A stretch of DNA of 64,000 nucleotides. It comes from Candidatus Thorarchaeota archaeon (GTDB taxonomy: Archaea; Asgardarchaeota; Thorarchaeia; Thorarchaeales; Thorarchaeaceae). Position numbers and translations under genes: made by a program. Shown piece by piece: positions 40,776 through 51,915 of the stretch. Below the pieces are notes generated by a model, which saw only the letters and a program-made list of their open reading frames with translations, had not been told where the DNA came from and did not search any database. The stretch covers positions 32,001-96,000 of the forward strand of contig CAVSBO010000010.1 in the NCBI GenBank assembly GCA_963726195.1, written 5' to 3'. How positions within the stretch are numbered: position 1 is the first letter of the stretch; each line of letters starts with the position of its first letter.

Positions 40776-42115
40776 TATCTCATCTCTCCTGCGAGACCAC
40801 GTATTGCATCAAACAGGTCCTCTCGCTTCTCCTTAGTCATGTGAACCAATACTGATCTTGGGGATGCCGAAGAAGAGGAGAGCCCAGCCATTGTGAAGGA
40901 CTGCAAGATGTTGTGAAGCCTCATATCCTCGAAATCCCATGCCACACAGGCACAGTCTTCCCGTTCTAGTACCAAGAACTGCTCTCTGTCGGCATACCCG
41001 TTTTCGAATACTATGCGACACACATCGGGAAGGACTTCCCTCGGAGCTCCGGACATGGGTGCTACCGCTATTGAATCTGATTGGACAGCCACTTCTTGAT
41101 TGCTTTGAGCTGACAAGAACCGCTGTACTCCTGAGATAGTCTCTCGGCAATGGAGCCTGTAGGAATCAAGAAGCATTCTTAGCATTCTCGCGTGGTCCCC
41201 CATCCAGACTGCCATTGCTAAGCCAGTTTCGTGCCTGCACCATGCAACTTCCGACATGGACTTGATTGCGGAAAGAAAGCGTAGAGGACCACTCTCGGGT
41301 TCCAGATGGTTTTCAAAGTCCAGTCCTAGCAGCCGCCGTATTACAGAAATGTCAAGTTTCACAGCCAGTTTTTCAGTGAGCCTTCTCATTTCTTCGCCTG
41401 CTAGGGACGTTATCGGCATGCTGTGCCTTGATGGAGGTATGTCAGCCTCGCTGAGAACACGCTCGCATGATTCAATGCTTCCGCTCATGCCACGCAGATA
41501 AGGGCTGATGCTGTTTGATAGAGTTTCAATCAGAGGAAGGAAATTAGTACCGAAAACCCTGAAACCTCTTCTTTCTGCCAGAACATCAGCTTCCTGTGCG
41601 AACAGAATCATCTCCCTTGATAGTGAGTCTGATTCGGTCTGCAGTTGATCTTGGACAAGAAGCCCGGCAGTTGCTAGATACAGCTCCTCAGGACCAACTT
41701 CCAGCTTCTCTCTGGCAATGGCATACGCGCCAACAGAGACCTGTTCCCTCTTGCCAACAGAAAGCATTGACGAAGACCCTGTATTGATCGTGCTTCCAAT
41801 CAGAACAGGCAATGGCGAATCAGTATCATGGGCAAGGTCACCCGAAACGTCAACTCCGACAACCAAGACTGTGCGGCCTAGACTTGTACTCATGAACGAC
41901 GCGAGGGTTTCTGCGTTCATCATAGGCTCAACGAAGGTAACATGGAAGACCCCGCCAGCGTTTACGATTGACCGACACAGGAGCGTACTTGCCAGCACAG
42001 CCGGAGGAGTGGGTGAGCTTATGATTAGAACACGACTGCCTTTGCCCAGAGACACCTCTCTGCACTTGCCAGCCAGACCATCAAGCTCCGGAGTACTGAA
42101 GTCCCTCGCAGTCAT
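40775..42115 (-). CDS. RecJ/DHH-family protein, catalytic motifs degenerate
   Basis: FHVTF, G.L.QDQ, PYLRG.SG; rps15-DHH-pcc1 context; no DxDG or DHH. Confidence 0.65.
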   Translation of the reverse strand: MTARDFSTPELDGLAGKCREVSLGKGSRVLIISSPTPPAVLASTLLCRSIVNAGGVFHVTFVEPMMNAETLASFMSTSLGRTVLVVGVDVSGDLAHDTDSPLPVLIGSTINTGSSSMLSVGKREQVSVGAYAIAREKLEVGPEELYLATAGLLVQDQLQTESDSLSREMILFAQEADVLAERRGFRVFGTNFLPLIETLSNSISPYLRGMSGSIESCERVLSEADIPPSRHSMPITSLAGEEMRRLTEKLAVKLDISVIRRLLGLDFENHLEPESGPLRFLSAIKSMSEVAWCRHETGLAMAVWMGDHARMLRMLLDSYRLHCRETISGVQRFLSAQSNQEVAVQSDSIAVAPMSGAPREVLPDVCRIVFENGYADREQFLVLEREDCACVAWDFEDMRLHNILQSFTMAGLSSSSASPRSVLVHMTKEKREDLFDAIRGLAGEMR

Positions 42116-42149
42116 CTCAGCCTGAGGGGCACTGCCGCTTTTGATAAAA

Positions 42150-42605
42150 CTATCTCAACAATACTGCGGCCTGTTCAGGAGTGTACTTCCAGTCAGAGGA
42201 GAGAACTCTCGTTTTCTTGTAGTACCCTGACAGCCTGTGTATCTTGCTTTCGACAAGCTGAAGGCCTCGCCTTGAGACAAGATCCTTCTTGTTATCCTCC
42301 ATATGTTTGCGAATCGCTGTGGCCTTTGCAATCATGTTACGCAAGTCCTCAGGTATTTTCCTCTGAAGGTTGTTGTCTCTCAGAATCTCGGTTACTTTCT
42401 TTCCGGTGACCACCTTCACAAGCGGGACGCCATACTGATCGCGAAGAATCAAGCCAATCATTGATGGGCTGTTACCGCCCTTGGCCATCTCAACTATTGT
42501 CTTCTCCACCCACGAAGAATCCTTGTTCAGCCACTGGGGTGTTTGAAGAGTTGATGGCCGTTTGCTTCCCGACTGGCCTTTGCGTCTAGTGTGCATCCGC
42601 GCCAT
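42150..42605 (-). CDS. rps15: 30S ribosomal protein S15 (uS15)
   Basis: MARMHTRRKG.SGS, IGLILRDQYG, PEDL, ESKIHRL..YY. Confidence 0.97.
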   Translation of the reverse strand: MARMHTRRKGQSGSKRPSTLQTPQWLNKDSSWVEKTIVEMAKGGNSPSMIGLILRDQYGVPLVKVVTGKKVTEILRDNNLQRKIPEDLRNMIAKATAIRKHMEDNKKDLVSRRGLQLVESKIHRLSGYYKKTRVLSSDWKYTPEQAAVLLR

Positions 42606-42742
42606 GGACACAACCTCTTGGTCTAAGGAGCTCTCGGAAAACCCGCTCCTCACCACCGCCCCTTGGCTTCGAATATAAAGGTTGTCGTGTGAGTAGAAGG
42701 CAACAATGGCTAGACTCCGTTAGAGAGGAGTGATGCTTATTC

Positions 42743-43387
42743 CTAGTGATATCTGCCGCGCTCGCGGATAGCCTCCATTCTTGAGAACACAGGTTCTGCA
42801 TCGCTACCGAGAAGACTAACGTAACCTTCGAGTGTCGCTGACAACATGACCTCCTGCAAATCCCAGTGAGTCGTCTCGAGTGCACGATGAATGAGGTGCA
42901 GGTCTACCCCTTTCATCTCAATCGTGGCATTCCATTCCGCAAGCCCAAAGTCTACCATCCAAAGCCGAGACTTACTATCAATCAAAACATTGCTAGTCGT
43001 AGGGTCTCCGTGCACTACGTTTCCCCTATGCATGAGCGCAATCGACTGCCCGAACGAGTGACAAAGCTCTGCCAACTTTGAATGCGATAGTGTCGGTGCC
43101 ATTTGTTTCAGCTGCCTTCCTTCGATGTAGTCCATTGCTATCGTGCACGTCGCAAGGTTCGCCCAGTGTACAGCAGGAGTCGGAACTCCCAGTAAACGGG
43201 CATAGGTGAGCATCTTGCACTCTCTGCTGGTCCGGCTATGCCTCAACAGTTCATCGATTTCTTTCAAAAGATACGGTTTCTCAGGACGCCACTTGAGAAT
43301 CACAGGACGACCCCATTCTTCGGTCTTGAATATGGTTGACTCGGCACCCATTGCCCACGGTTCCATTTTCAACTGGATGCCCTCCAA
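42743..43387 (-). CDS. bud32: KEOPS kinase Bud32
   Basis: GAES, K.R..KPY, HGDPTTSN, VDFGL, RGRY. Confidence 0.92.
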   Translation of the reverse strand: MEGIQLKMEPWAMGAESTIFKTEEWGRPVILKWRPEKPYLLKEIDELLRHSRTSRECKMLTYARLLGVPTPAVHWANLATCTIAMDYIEGRQLKQMAPTLSHSKLAELCHSFGQSIALMHRGNVVHGDPTTSNVLIDSKSRLWMVDFGLAEWNATIEMKGVDLHLIHRALETTHWDLQEVMLSATLEGYVSLLGSDAEPVFSRMEAIRERGRYH

Positions 43388-44362
43388 GTTATGTCCTGCT
43401 CATCCGTGCGCCACTTGGGTCGCACATGTGAATCCGCAATCTCAAGTTGGTCCCCCGCGTTATGTTGCAGGATGCCGGTCCATGCTATCATCGCACCTTG
43501 GTCGCCTGCCAGCGGAGGAGAGACAGTGTGAAATGTTGCACCGTGCCTGTTGGCAACGCCTCTGAGTATCTCTCCAAGACGCTTGTTGCGAGCCACCCCG
43601 CCAGTGAGCAGCATCTCGGTCTTTTTTGTGTGCGCGATAGCGCGCTCGGTGACTTCAGCAAGCATGCCAAATGCTGTTTCTTGGACGCTATAGCACAAGT
43701 CTGACAGTGCTACCCCTTCCGAATAGAGTCTCCTCGCCGCAGTCAACATGCCAGAATAGCTGACATCCATTCCTTTGACGGAATAGGGCAAGCTGTGGTA
43801 ATTCTCACCCTTCCCGGCCTCCTTCTCGATCCCTGGGCCTGCTGGGAAACGCATGCCTGCGACGCGTCCTAGGACATCCAGCATGTTGCCGATGGCAATA
43901 TCCAAGGTTTCGCCGAAGGTTCTGAACCTGTTTCCTGCGAAAGCGATCACCTGAGTGTTGCCACCCGACACATACACCGTCACAGGATCTCTAAACCCAG
44001 ACTCAAGACAACCTATCTCAATATGTGCAACACAATGATTCACGCCTACGAGCGGGACTCCTAACTTAAGGGCTAAAGAACGTGCCATGGTGGCAGTTGC
44101 CCTGAGACAGGGTCCAAGCCCGGGGCCGCGCAAAAGCTATCAGGTTGATATCGTGAAAAGCAACACCAGCTTCTATCAATGCCTTCTTTATGATGTCGGG
44201 GCCCATGTCCGAGTGATGCCGGCTGGCTTCGCGCGGATGAATGCCACCTTCCTGCGGGGAAACCATGTCCCAACAGTTTGACAGAACCTTGCCTTCGCTA
44301 GAGACAATGCCAGCTCCGAACGAGTGTGCAGTCCCCTCAAGTCCAAGGCATATCATGGGCAT
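43369..44362 (-). CDS. kae1: tRNA t6A threonylcarbamoyltransferase Kae1 (frameshift near 44130)
   Basis: LGLEGTAH, GPGLGPCL, VNHCVAHIE, SGGNTQ, GGVARN, DQGAMIA. Confidence 0.93.
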
Positions 44363-44503
44363 TGTGATTCTCCTGAAGCAGTGATTTCTTACTGCTCTTA
44401 ACACTGACGAGATAGTGCAATCTCTGAGATTCTGCTTCTCAGATGTCATCTGCAACAAAGGGTTTATAATTGGTCGACAAGGTCGCCGGTCTGAGGTTAC
44501 CCT

Positions 44504-44734
44504 GTGTCCGCCGAAAAGATGCCAATCAAGGCGCTTGAGAATGTTCTCAACGAAGTTGTATCAATCAAGCTGAAAGACAATAGGATTTTCCGGGGAAAAC
44601 TTACGAGATGCGACATATACATGAACCTCACACTCGCGGATGCAGAGGAACTTGAGAATGACCAAACAAGGGCCAAATATGGTTCGGTACTGATTAGGGG
44701 AAACAACATCCTGTGGATTCAGATACCGGAATGA
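44504..44734 (+). CDS. Sm-like (LSm) protein
   Basis: G.L...D.YMNLTL.DAEE, IRGNNI. Confidence 0.92.
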   Translation: MSAEKMPIKALENVLNEVVSIKLKDNRIFRGKLTRCDIYMNLTLADAEELENDQTRAKYGSVLIRGNNILWIQIPE

Positions 44735-44796
44735 TATAGACAATGAATTTGAAGTGACTTTCCTCAGTAATCGTTTTCAATTTGCAAATAGCGGTG

Positions 44797-46817
44797 CTAC
44801 CTCTCGATTTGTCTCCTGTAACGTTCAACAGCTCCTACCAAGTCATCCTCGCTCTTCTTCCGGGCCTTCTCGCGCACTTCCTTGGTGAAGACTTGAAACA
44901 GCCTCTCGAATTTCCTTCTGCTTATGAACGCAAATTCATCGATTCTTTGCAGTTCAACATCATTGGCTTGAATTACAGGGACTTGCGCCTTCACGAGCTC
45001 CTCCTCAGAGAGATGCGAAAGCGGCGTATCTACAATTACGGCCTTGATTTCGCGGTCGATCAGCATGGCTGCTGTATGAGGACCGCCCCCGCTGGCATCT
45101 TCGAAAAGTACAATGTCGCCCGGCTTGAGACCCACTTTCCTCATGTAAGCCTCTATCCCCTCACGAGTGAAATGAGGAATTGTCTTTACGGCAATCGTAT
45201 CGCCACGCATCTCCAGACGTCGCACTCCCTTGAAAAGCTCGATGCGTTTGGTCAGATCTGACACTTGTCCTCGAAGTCTATCTGTCTCGGTCGATACGTG
45301 GCTTCAGCTCGGACTCCTTCTTAGCAATCTCACGGTCACGCTTCACTCGCCAATAGTTGTCACGACTAACGATGTCAAGACTGTGTTGTAGCTCGCTTTC
45401 TCTGAACGTAAGATACTCCACAAGTCGCTTGAGGTCAGTGTTCTGTTCCGTCAGCGTGCGGTTCTCGGCCTCCAGAGTCTCGTTCTTCTCCGCAAGAGCA
45501 TCGAAATGAGCCTGCGTTAGAACCTCCTCGCGGACAGGCTGTTCAGTCACCACCTCCACAACTTCCGGACCCTCTTGAACGAGAACTTGCCAACGCTTCG
45601 TTAACGGTCATTCCTCTTATCACAAGGGCCTTCAGATGGTTTCTGTCCACCACAAGTTGTTCTTCGCGTACCTTCTGGTCTATCTGTTCGAGTCTCGGCA
45701 GAACACTTCTGTAAGCATAGATAGCTGCCGTCAATGCATCTCGTTCGTGAGCGTTCTTAATCTGCGCCTCTTGAGAGAACTCTCTCGCCATCTCCTGCTT
45801 TTCCGCTACGGGTATCGGTCTTTCGGGAGTAAATATCGCCACATTGACAGTACTTGCTATCTTCTTCACTAGATGAGGCACTGGAGTAACGTCCGTTGCA
45901 ACTATCACTGGAACACCATGTTGATAGACGAGCCGGATGATGTCTGCTCTCGTAAGCCCTTTTCTGCTCGCAAGAAAACTCACTCTCCCATCAAGAGAGA
46001 CCAGACACAGTGCTGCTGTTATACCGGGGTCGATCCCCAATATGAAGTACTGTGGCGCAAGCTCAGTAGGAATGCCTTGTGGCTCAAGTGGGACAAACTC
46101 GACACGTTTTCGAACTGGAGAGACGAATACGTTGAAATCACTGCCACGTCTCGATTCGACTAGCCCCCTTATTGCAGGTAACGGGGCATAGGCAACAAGA
46201 CGTGAACTCTCATATCCAAAGTCCGAGTCCCTAATGTCAGAATCATATTCAATTCCCGCGGTCTTGAGCTGAGACTCTACAAAACGAGTAACCTGCTGAA
46301 TCTCGGAGTGCAACCTGCGACGATACCGATTCGCGCTTTGTCCCCCGCTACCAGTCTTCCTTCCTCGTGTCACTCGAACCTCGGTCTGTTCACCAAAACA
46401 CTCAAGGCGATAGCCAACACCGAGATACGCTAGCTGTGCTGCGATTTTCGCAGCAGCAAGCGGAGTCAAGTGCCCCCCGGATTGAAGCTTGTATTGTCGG
46501 GCAAGAATCTTGAGAGGAACTTGGTTCGGCGGTACGCCTGTCACCTGAACCAGCTTCGTCTCGGTCGGTATCCGACTCAGAAGGCCAAACATTGACTTGC
46601 TGTCTGGAACTATCTCAAGAATATTGTCTGTGGCGAAATACTTGGGACGTGTCTCGTAAACCAAGTCCAGCAGGTCTCTTCGGGATATTTCAGGATACTC
46701 ATTGAGAACTACTCCGTTGCGTACTATCGCACAAGAGTACCTTGGACTCGTCGTTGAGCGCGGGCTCTGAGAAGGGAGGATGTCGAAGCCAACAATGAAT
46801 ATGCTGTCATCGCCCAT
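44797..46817 (-). CDS. DUF460 family protein (RNase H-like plus coiled coil), two frameshifts
   Basis: GFDI, ATDNI.E, LVQVTG, GG.SANRYRR, GIDPG, HERDAL.AA. Confidence 0.82.
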
Positions 46818-46961
46818 CGGCTCAGTGCTCAGAGAAGAAACGTCAGCTTAGGCTATAAGGATTCAGATGGACTCGCCTTCGCACCACGTAAGCTGTTAAC
46901 AAACAACAAGTATAATAAAGCCATACTTGAGCGACAGCTTAACTCATGCGAGGTGTGACAA

Positions 46962-47243
46962 CTGTCAGAAACGCTGCAAGTCAATGAAGAAGATGCAGTA
47001 CTGCGTGTCGGCCGGGCTCTTTCGTCAAAGACACGCATAGAGATACTGAGACTTTTGTTCGATGGAGAAAAAGATGTGACTAGGGTGGCAAGGCACCTCG
47101 GCGGCACTGAGGCAAATGCCAGTGCTCAGATCAAGATACTTCTTGAGGCAGGTTTGCTCGAATGTCGCTTTGAACCCGGGCAGCATGGGCTCAAGAAAAT
47201 TTCCAAGACGAAAGTGAAGCGTATAGTAATCGACCTGAAGTAG
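46962..47243 (+). CDS. ArsR-like HTH regulator (probable CTG start)
   Basis: RALSSKTRIEILRLL, A.ASAQIK.L.EAGL, PG.HG.KK; SD GAGGTG. Confidence 0.8.
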   Translation: MSETLQVNEEDAVLRVGRALSSKTRIEILRLLFDGEKDVTRVARHLGGTEANASAQIKILLEAGLLECRFEPGQHGLKKISKTKVKRIVIDLK

Positions 47244-47269
47244 ACCCATCACTGACCGCAAGACACGGT

Positions 47270-47938
47270 CTAAGGTGAAGTCTCAGGTTGACTCAGCATT
47301 GTGCTCCAGCGGTGAATACGTTTCAGGATATTGTCGCGTTCCTCTGGTCGTATGCCTTTCTTTCCTCTCGCCCTGAGAAACTTGTCAACAACATCCATGT
47401 CACGTGCCACCTTTGGGTTCGGGTGGTCTTTGGTGATTAGATAATCTCTTGCGGCTTGGAGGTACTCTGCGATAACATCAGCCGGAGCTTCTCCGGTGCG
47501 GATTTCGTGCGCAATAGGATCCAGTACGCGAGCCACTGTCACACTTACTGCTTGAGTGTGCTCAGCCGGCTTTGCATTAAGGTTGTCAGACATGCTCGTC
47601 CTGTGAGTTGGGGGCGAAATGCCTGTGTCAACCTTAGGTGGTTCGCGTTCGGAGGCCTTCGAGACCGCCGCAGAGGACGAAGACCTGACAGTTGGTGTTG
47701 TTTTTTGGGGGCCCGTCGACGAAGTAGTTGGGCCTGCTAGATCGTGATTGCTAACCGGCGGCGATGCAGGTACGTCGGAGAAGAGTGGCAGGATTGGAGA
47801 AACCGAATCTGTTGCTCCTTCTTCCACGGGCAAACCCAGTCGGCGGCGCAACTCGCGTAGCTGATCGAAAATCTCCACTAACCCGGACTGTATCTGGCCG
47901 ATCAGCCGCCTAATCTCGTCCGCATTCTTTTCAGACAA
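47270..47938 (-). CDS. Hypothetical protein (coiled coil, S/T/P linker, helical domain)
   Basis: Long ORF downstream of herA. Confidence 0.6.
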   Translation of the reverse strand: MSEKNADEIRRLIGQIQSGLVEIFDQLRELRRRLGLPVEEGATDSVSPILPLFSDVPASPPVSNHDLAGPTTSSTGPQKTTPTVRSSSSAAVSKASEREPPKVDTGISPPTHRTSMSDNLNAKPAEHTQAVSVTVARVLDPIAHEIRTGEAPADVIAEYLQAARDYLITKDHPNPKVARDMDVVDKFLRARGKKGIRPEERDNILKRIHRWSTMLSQPETSP

Positions 47939-48001
47939 TGAGGACTTGCCCCCGTATGATATCGCAGTACCGCTCTTGGTGCTCCCTGCAATCATCGTTT
48001 A

Positions 48002-49531
48002 TCAGCGTTGTGATGAAATTCTGTCAGCTTTTCTCATGGCTTCTGATAGGCTCGTCACGGCGCCCGCGGGTTCAAAATGGCGGCGACGAATCTTCACAAA
48101 CGTCGGAAAGGATACGCACTCCCCCACGAAGAGAGCTTCCCCCACCTCAAGCGTCGTTACTGATTCAAGAGACGAATGATCGATACCCTCACTGGTTTTG
48201 CCGATGTGTTCAAGGTCATACGGATTCGTGCACCTGAAAATCGCTTGGTTGCTGCACTGACTAAGGACAGTTGTCGATAGCCTTACGGGCCTCTGGGAGA
48301 TTAAGCATAGAAGAGCGTAGAACTTCCTGCCCTCTCTGGCAATCGTCTCAATCTGAGCCTTTGCAAGAGTCAGCTCGTGACGACTCTCGGGGCAGAATTG
48401 ATGTGCTTCTTCAATGATGAATAGGAATGGAGGTATCTTCTCTTGCCTTCGTAAATGCAGCAGTTCGCCCGCAAGGTACGATGTCACGATTTGCTTCTTC
48501 TTGAGACTGACGAAGTCGCTGAGATCAATCAGCGTCAGCTTGCCGGGATTGACTATGCTCTTCACATCGGGCACAGCTTCCACGCCGAACAGTCCGGTTT
48601 CATCAAGATTGGTCAGCCACCCAACGATAGCATCTCTCGTGTTCTTGTTGATAGTATTATCTTCTCTTACAATCTCTGCGAGATCACCGAGACTGTATTT
48701 TCCCTGCTCGTTCTTTCGGACTTCAGATATCACGCGCCGTAGGTCACGCACTTGGATTCCGCTCATATCGGATACAAAAGAGCTCAACGCTTCTGCTGAC
48801 AGGGATGGTACAGGAATTTGAAAATAGGAAGACCGAATATGTTCGACATCGATTCGAGAACCTCGCAGCCCTAACGATTCAGCCGGCAGGTCCTTCAGAT
48901 ATGTGTATTCGCCATGAACGTCAAGAACAACTATGGCGAGTCGCCCCTGTTCCTTTGTCCGCGCGAGCATCTCCTCAAGCAGAACGGAAATGAAATAGGA
49001 CTTGCCGGCGCCGCTCATGGCAAGAACGGCAAGATGTTTTGACAGAAGCCGATCAATCGAAGGGCAGAAGCCAAGTTCGTGATGAGATAATGTGCCCAGT
49101 TTCAAACCGTTCTTTGGTTCCAGATTCAGAAATGAGGCCAGCATTCCTTCCTCTGGTCGCCTTACTAACGCGCCTGGTGAGACCGAGAAAGAAGGACGCA
49201 CCGCCTTGTCGTCAACCCAGCAGCCCAGTACACGAACCTGTGCAACAGTGTACTGCCACCTATCTGTTGGCAAAATAGAACGTAGAGACTCGCCCCTTGA
49301 CTGGTATTCTCTTACGGCTTCTGCATGCTGATAGTACCGATTGGCCCTTACAAGATTCTGAACTCGTCCAATAATCGTACCATTGTCAGTTGTTACTGAA
49401 ACGAACTCGCCGCGGCGGACAAGAACCTCGTTTGGTGCGCCCTCTACTACAAACTCGAACTCCACGACATTCGGTGTTGATTCCGTACAGATGATGGTCC
49501 CAAGCTTGGATTCAGGTGGGTATGTTGGCAT
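48002..49531 (-). CDS. herA: HerA helicase/ATPase
   Basis: HAS barrel, HLAVLAMSGAGKS, DVHGEY, EEAHQF, AREGRKF, SQRP. Confidence 0.93.
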   Translation of the reverse strand: MPTYPPESKLGTIICTESTPNVVEFEFVVEGAPNEVLVRRGEFVSVTTDNGTIIGRVQNLVRANRYYQHAEAVREYQSRGESLRSILPTDRWQYTVAQVRVLGCWVDDKAVRPSFSVSPGALVRRPEEGMLASFLNLEPKNGLKLGTLSHHELGFCPSIDRLLSKHLAVLAMSGAGKSYFISVLLEEMLARTKEQGRLAIVVLDVHGEYTYLKDLPAESLGLRGSRIDVEHIRSSYFQIPVPSLSAEALSSFVSDMSGIQVRDLRRVISEVRKNEQGKYSLGDLAEIVREDNTINKNTRDAIVGWLTNLDETGLFGVEAVPDVKSIVNPGKLTLIDLSDFVSLKKKQIVTSYLAGELLHLRRQEKIPPFLFIIEEAHQFCPESRHELTLAKAQIETIAREGRKFYALLCLISQRPVRLSTTVLSQCSNQAIFRCTNPYDLEHIGKTSEGIDHSSLESVTTLEVGEALFVGECVSFPTFVKIRRRHFEPAGAVTSLSEAMRKADRISSQR

Positions 49532-49535
49532 ATGT

Positions 49536-50723
49536 TCAGCCCCCAAATGGATTCCTAGAACGTCTCTTCTCAAGTGCCGTATAGGTCAGACCTGAAAGAG
49601 CCATGAGTCGGTCGATTATGATCTGAGATTCATTATGGCTGATTCTTGCTCTCGCGTCGGCCTCCACGATTGGTGTCGGAATGCCGTACTCCTTGTGCTG
49701 CCAAGAAATGGGCAGTATGGCGGACAAAGCCCTGTCGAGTAGCCGAACATCGTTGCTCCCATCTCCAACAAGGACTTCGATTCGGAGAGGCAAGTCATCC
49801 TGCGCGGTCTTGACGTATGTCACCCATATTCTTGAGGCCCACGAAGACAATTCATCGGGATACGCATTCGGAGTCTGTTGTATTTCTGAGGAGAAACGAA
49901 ACACAAAGGTTCTCTCGCCTTCATCCAGAAATGTATCCAGTATGTCGCAGTCTCTGGATATCTTTAGAAGCCAACGATAGTCAACACCCTGCATCATCTC
50001 AAAGACCGAAGGGTCCCTTATGATATGAGGTAGAATCTCACCCATTATGTTCACGACGCGGCTCGAACGGCTGTCTTTCACCACGCCTACCAAAGTTGTA
50101 CCCTTTTCCTTGGCTCTGTTGTACATTTGCCTGTAGAGTGCCATTACTTCTTGGAACTTGTCATTTGCCACAGAGGCGGCGGGAGGACGGTCGCGAGGAT
50201 GATAGAACAGGCTGCCGTCAATCAGGATTAGGTCTGTGGAGAATTCTTCGAGGACTGACAGGGTCACTCTCAGTTCCGCCGCAAGGCGCTCAAGGGATGC
50301 GAGCTGGTCTAGTTCCTGTCCCGAAAGACTGAGCATTACAGGTTTGATAACGGGGCTCGGAAAGGGATCTGGGAAGAAGTCAACGGTAGGGCCCTCTTTC
50401 GGCCCGAACTTGAATATCACTGCGATGGCACGTGTAAGTATCAGGTCCATTGATCTGAACTCTCTTCGTATGAGTCCTCCGTCGATGCCAGCCATCTTTA
50501 GGCCTGAGAGACTGGTCGGCTGCAGTCTCGTACAGAACTGCGCATCAACCACGTTTTCGGCTACCGAAGGGAAACGTCGCAAGTCTATGCTGCTCTTAAT
50601 CTGTCTGAGAACCTTGCCAAAGCGTTCGCGAGTGATCTCGGCCCGTTCAATTTCCTCCACTAGTGCGGACAGCATCTTGTCAAGATTCCGTTCCACTAGG
50701 TCCGTTGTCCGAAACTCACCCAT
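49536..50723 (-). CDS. nurA: NurA nuclease; N-terminus MGEFRTT derived from the IS end (original start TTG at 52019)
   Basis: GIDGG, LIDGSL, GVVKDS, YGIP.PIVEAD..ARI. Confidence 0.9.
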   Translation of the reverse strand: MGEFRTTDLVERNLDKMLSALVEEIERAEITRERFGKVLRQIKSSIDLRRFPSVAENVVDAQFCTRLQPTSLSGLKMAGIDGGLIRREFRSMDLILTRAIAVIFKFGPKEGPTVDFFPDPFPSPVIKPVMLSLSGQELDQLASLERLAAELRVTLSVLEEFSTDLILIDGSLFYHPRDRPPAASVANDKFQEVMALYRQMYNRAKEKGTTLVGVVKDSRSSRVVNIMGEILPHIIRDPSVFEMMQGVDYRWLLKISRDCDILDTFLDEGERTFVFRFSSEIQQTPNAYPDELSSWASRIWVTYVKTAQDDLPLRIEVLVGDGSNDVRLLDRALSAILPISWQHKEYGIPTPIVEADARARISHNESQIIIDRLMALSGLTYTALEKRRSRNPFGG

Positions 50724-51915
50724 TCAGGACGTCCTCCCTAACAGTGTTCGGTTCCTGCTTCATCATGGAGCACCTGCCTCTTGTGGCATGAACCTCTCCA
50801 TTCTCGCAGGCGTTTTGTGTCTCCGCCCAACTGGCGGCGACTAAAGCTAGATTCATGGCGGCGTTCAGGTCACGGTCGACTTCGAAACCGCAACGCCCGC
50901 ACCTGTGTGTTCTCTGGGAGAGCGGCATCTCATCCTTGACCGCTCCGCAGTCAGAGCATCGTCTTGTGGATGGAAAGAACGGGTCTGTTTCCACGACCGC
51001 ACCCCCATTCCACCTAGTCTTGTATTCCAGCTGACGGAGTAACTCTCCTATGCCTGCATCCGCGAGCTGCTTTGCTAAATGATGGTTCTTCAGCAGTCCA
51101 GCCACGTTCAGGCTTTCCACGCCGATGACCGACTTGGTTCTCGCCAGCATCGTTGTGGCTTTGTGCTGGGCGTCTTTGCGGATATTCGCAACTCTGAATT
51201 CGCACCGAGCCAGCCGCATCACGGTGTCGACTCGGTTGTTGCTTCCTTTCACCTTCCTAGCAAGAGACCTTTGGATTCGCTTCTTCTTTTGCTCGAAGCG
51301 CGAAAGAGGTCTTGGATTCGCGATTGCGGCTCCGTCACTGACAGTAGCAAGTTTCAAAATGCCAACATCGATTCCGGCCACAGGTCCAGTGTTATTCGGG
51401 ACTTCAATCTCCTCCTCCACCCGAAGACTCACAAACCATTTCCCTGCTTTTTCTGAAACAATCGCAGACAGGACATGAACTCCATCAATTGGAAGGTAGC
51501 CTTTTTCCTTAAGCCGAACCACACCGAGTCGGGGCAACTGCACCGAGTCGCAGAAAACCCTGATGTGTCCTGTGAGCTTGAAGCTGCCTACCCCGAGTCT
51601 TCTGCGCTTGAATCCGGGGTATTTCGCGCGCCCCTCGAAGAAGTTCTTGTACGCCCCGTCGAGATCTCGGAGGGCTTCCTGCGGAGCACACTTCGAAACC
51701 TCGTACATCCAAGGGAACTCCGTTTTGTTCAGAGCATTCAACTGCCTGTGCAGCTCGACGGCATTCGATGATGTTCCCATCTTCTCGTACTCTTCCTTCC
51801 GCCGCGCGAGTCCCCAATTGTATGCAAACCTCGCTGTTCCGGCGTGTCTGAGCAAGGCCGTGCACTGGATGTTGTTGGGGTCCAGCTCCGTTTTGTAGGC
51901 CTGCATGATTCTCAT
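50716..51915 (-). CDS. tnpB: RNA-guided endonuclease TnpB, intact
   Basis: RuvC GIDVG / GVESL / DRDLNAA; zinc finger; highly similar to copy 1. Confidence 0.95.
   Translation of the reverse strand: MRIMQAYKTELDPNNIQCTALLRHAGTARFAYNWGLARRKEEYEKMGTSSNAVELHRQLNALNKTEFPWMYEVSKCAPQEALRDLDGAYKNFFEGRAKYPGFKRRRLGVGSFKLTGHIRVFCDSVQLPRLGVVRLKEKGYLPIDGVHVLSAIVSEKAGKWFVSLRVEEEIEVPNNTGPVAGIDVGILKLATVSDGAAIANPRPLSRFEQKKKRIQRSLARKVKGSNNRVDTVMRLARCEFRVANIRKDAQHKATTMLARTKSVIGVESLNVAGLLKNHHLAKQLADAGIGELLRQLEYKTRWNGGAVVETDPFFPSTRRCSDCGAVKDEMPLSQRTHRCGRCGFEVDRDLNAAMNLALVAASWAETQNACENGEVHATRGRCSMMKQEPNTVREDVLNG

Noticed and set aside
43369-43387. Kae1-Bud32 fusion broken by a frameshift
   Set aside because: GGAGG plus a TTGA stop/start overlap fits two coupled genes
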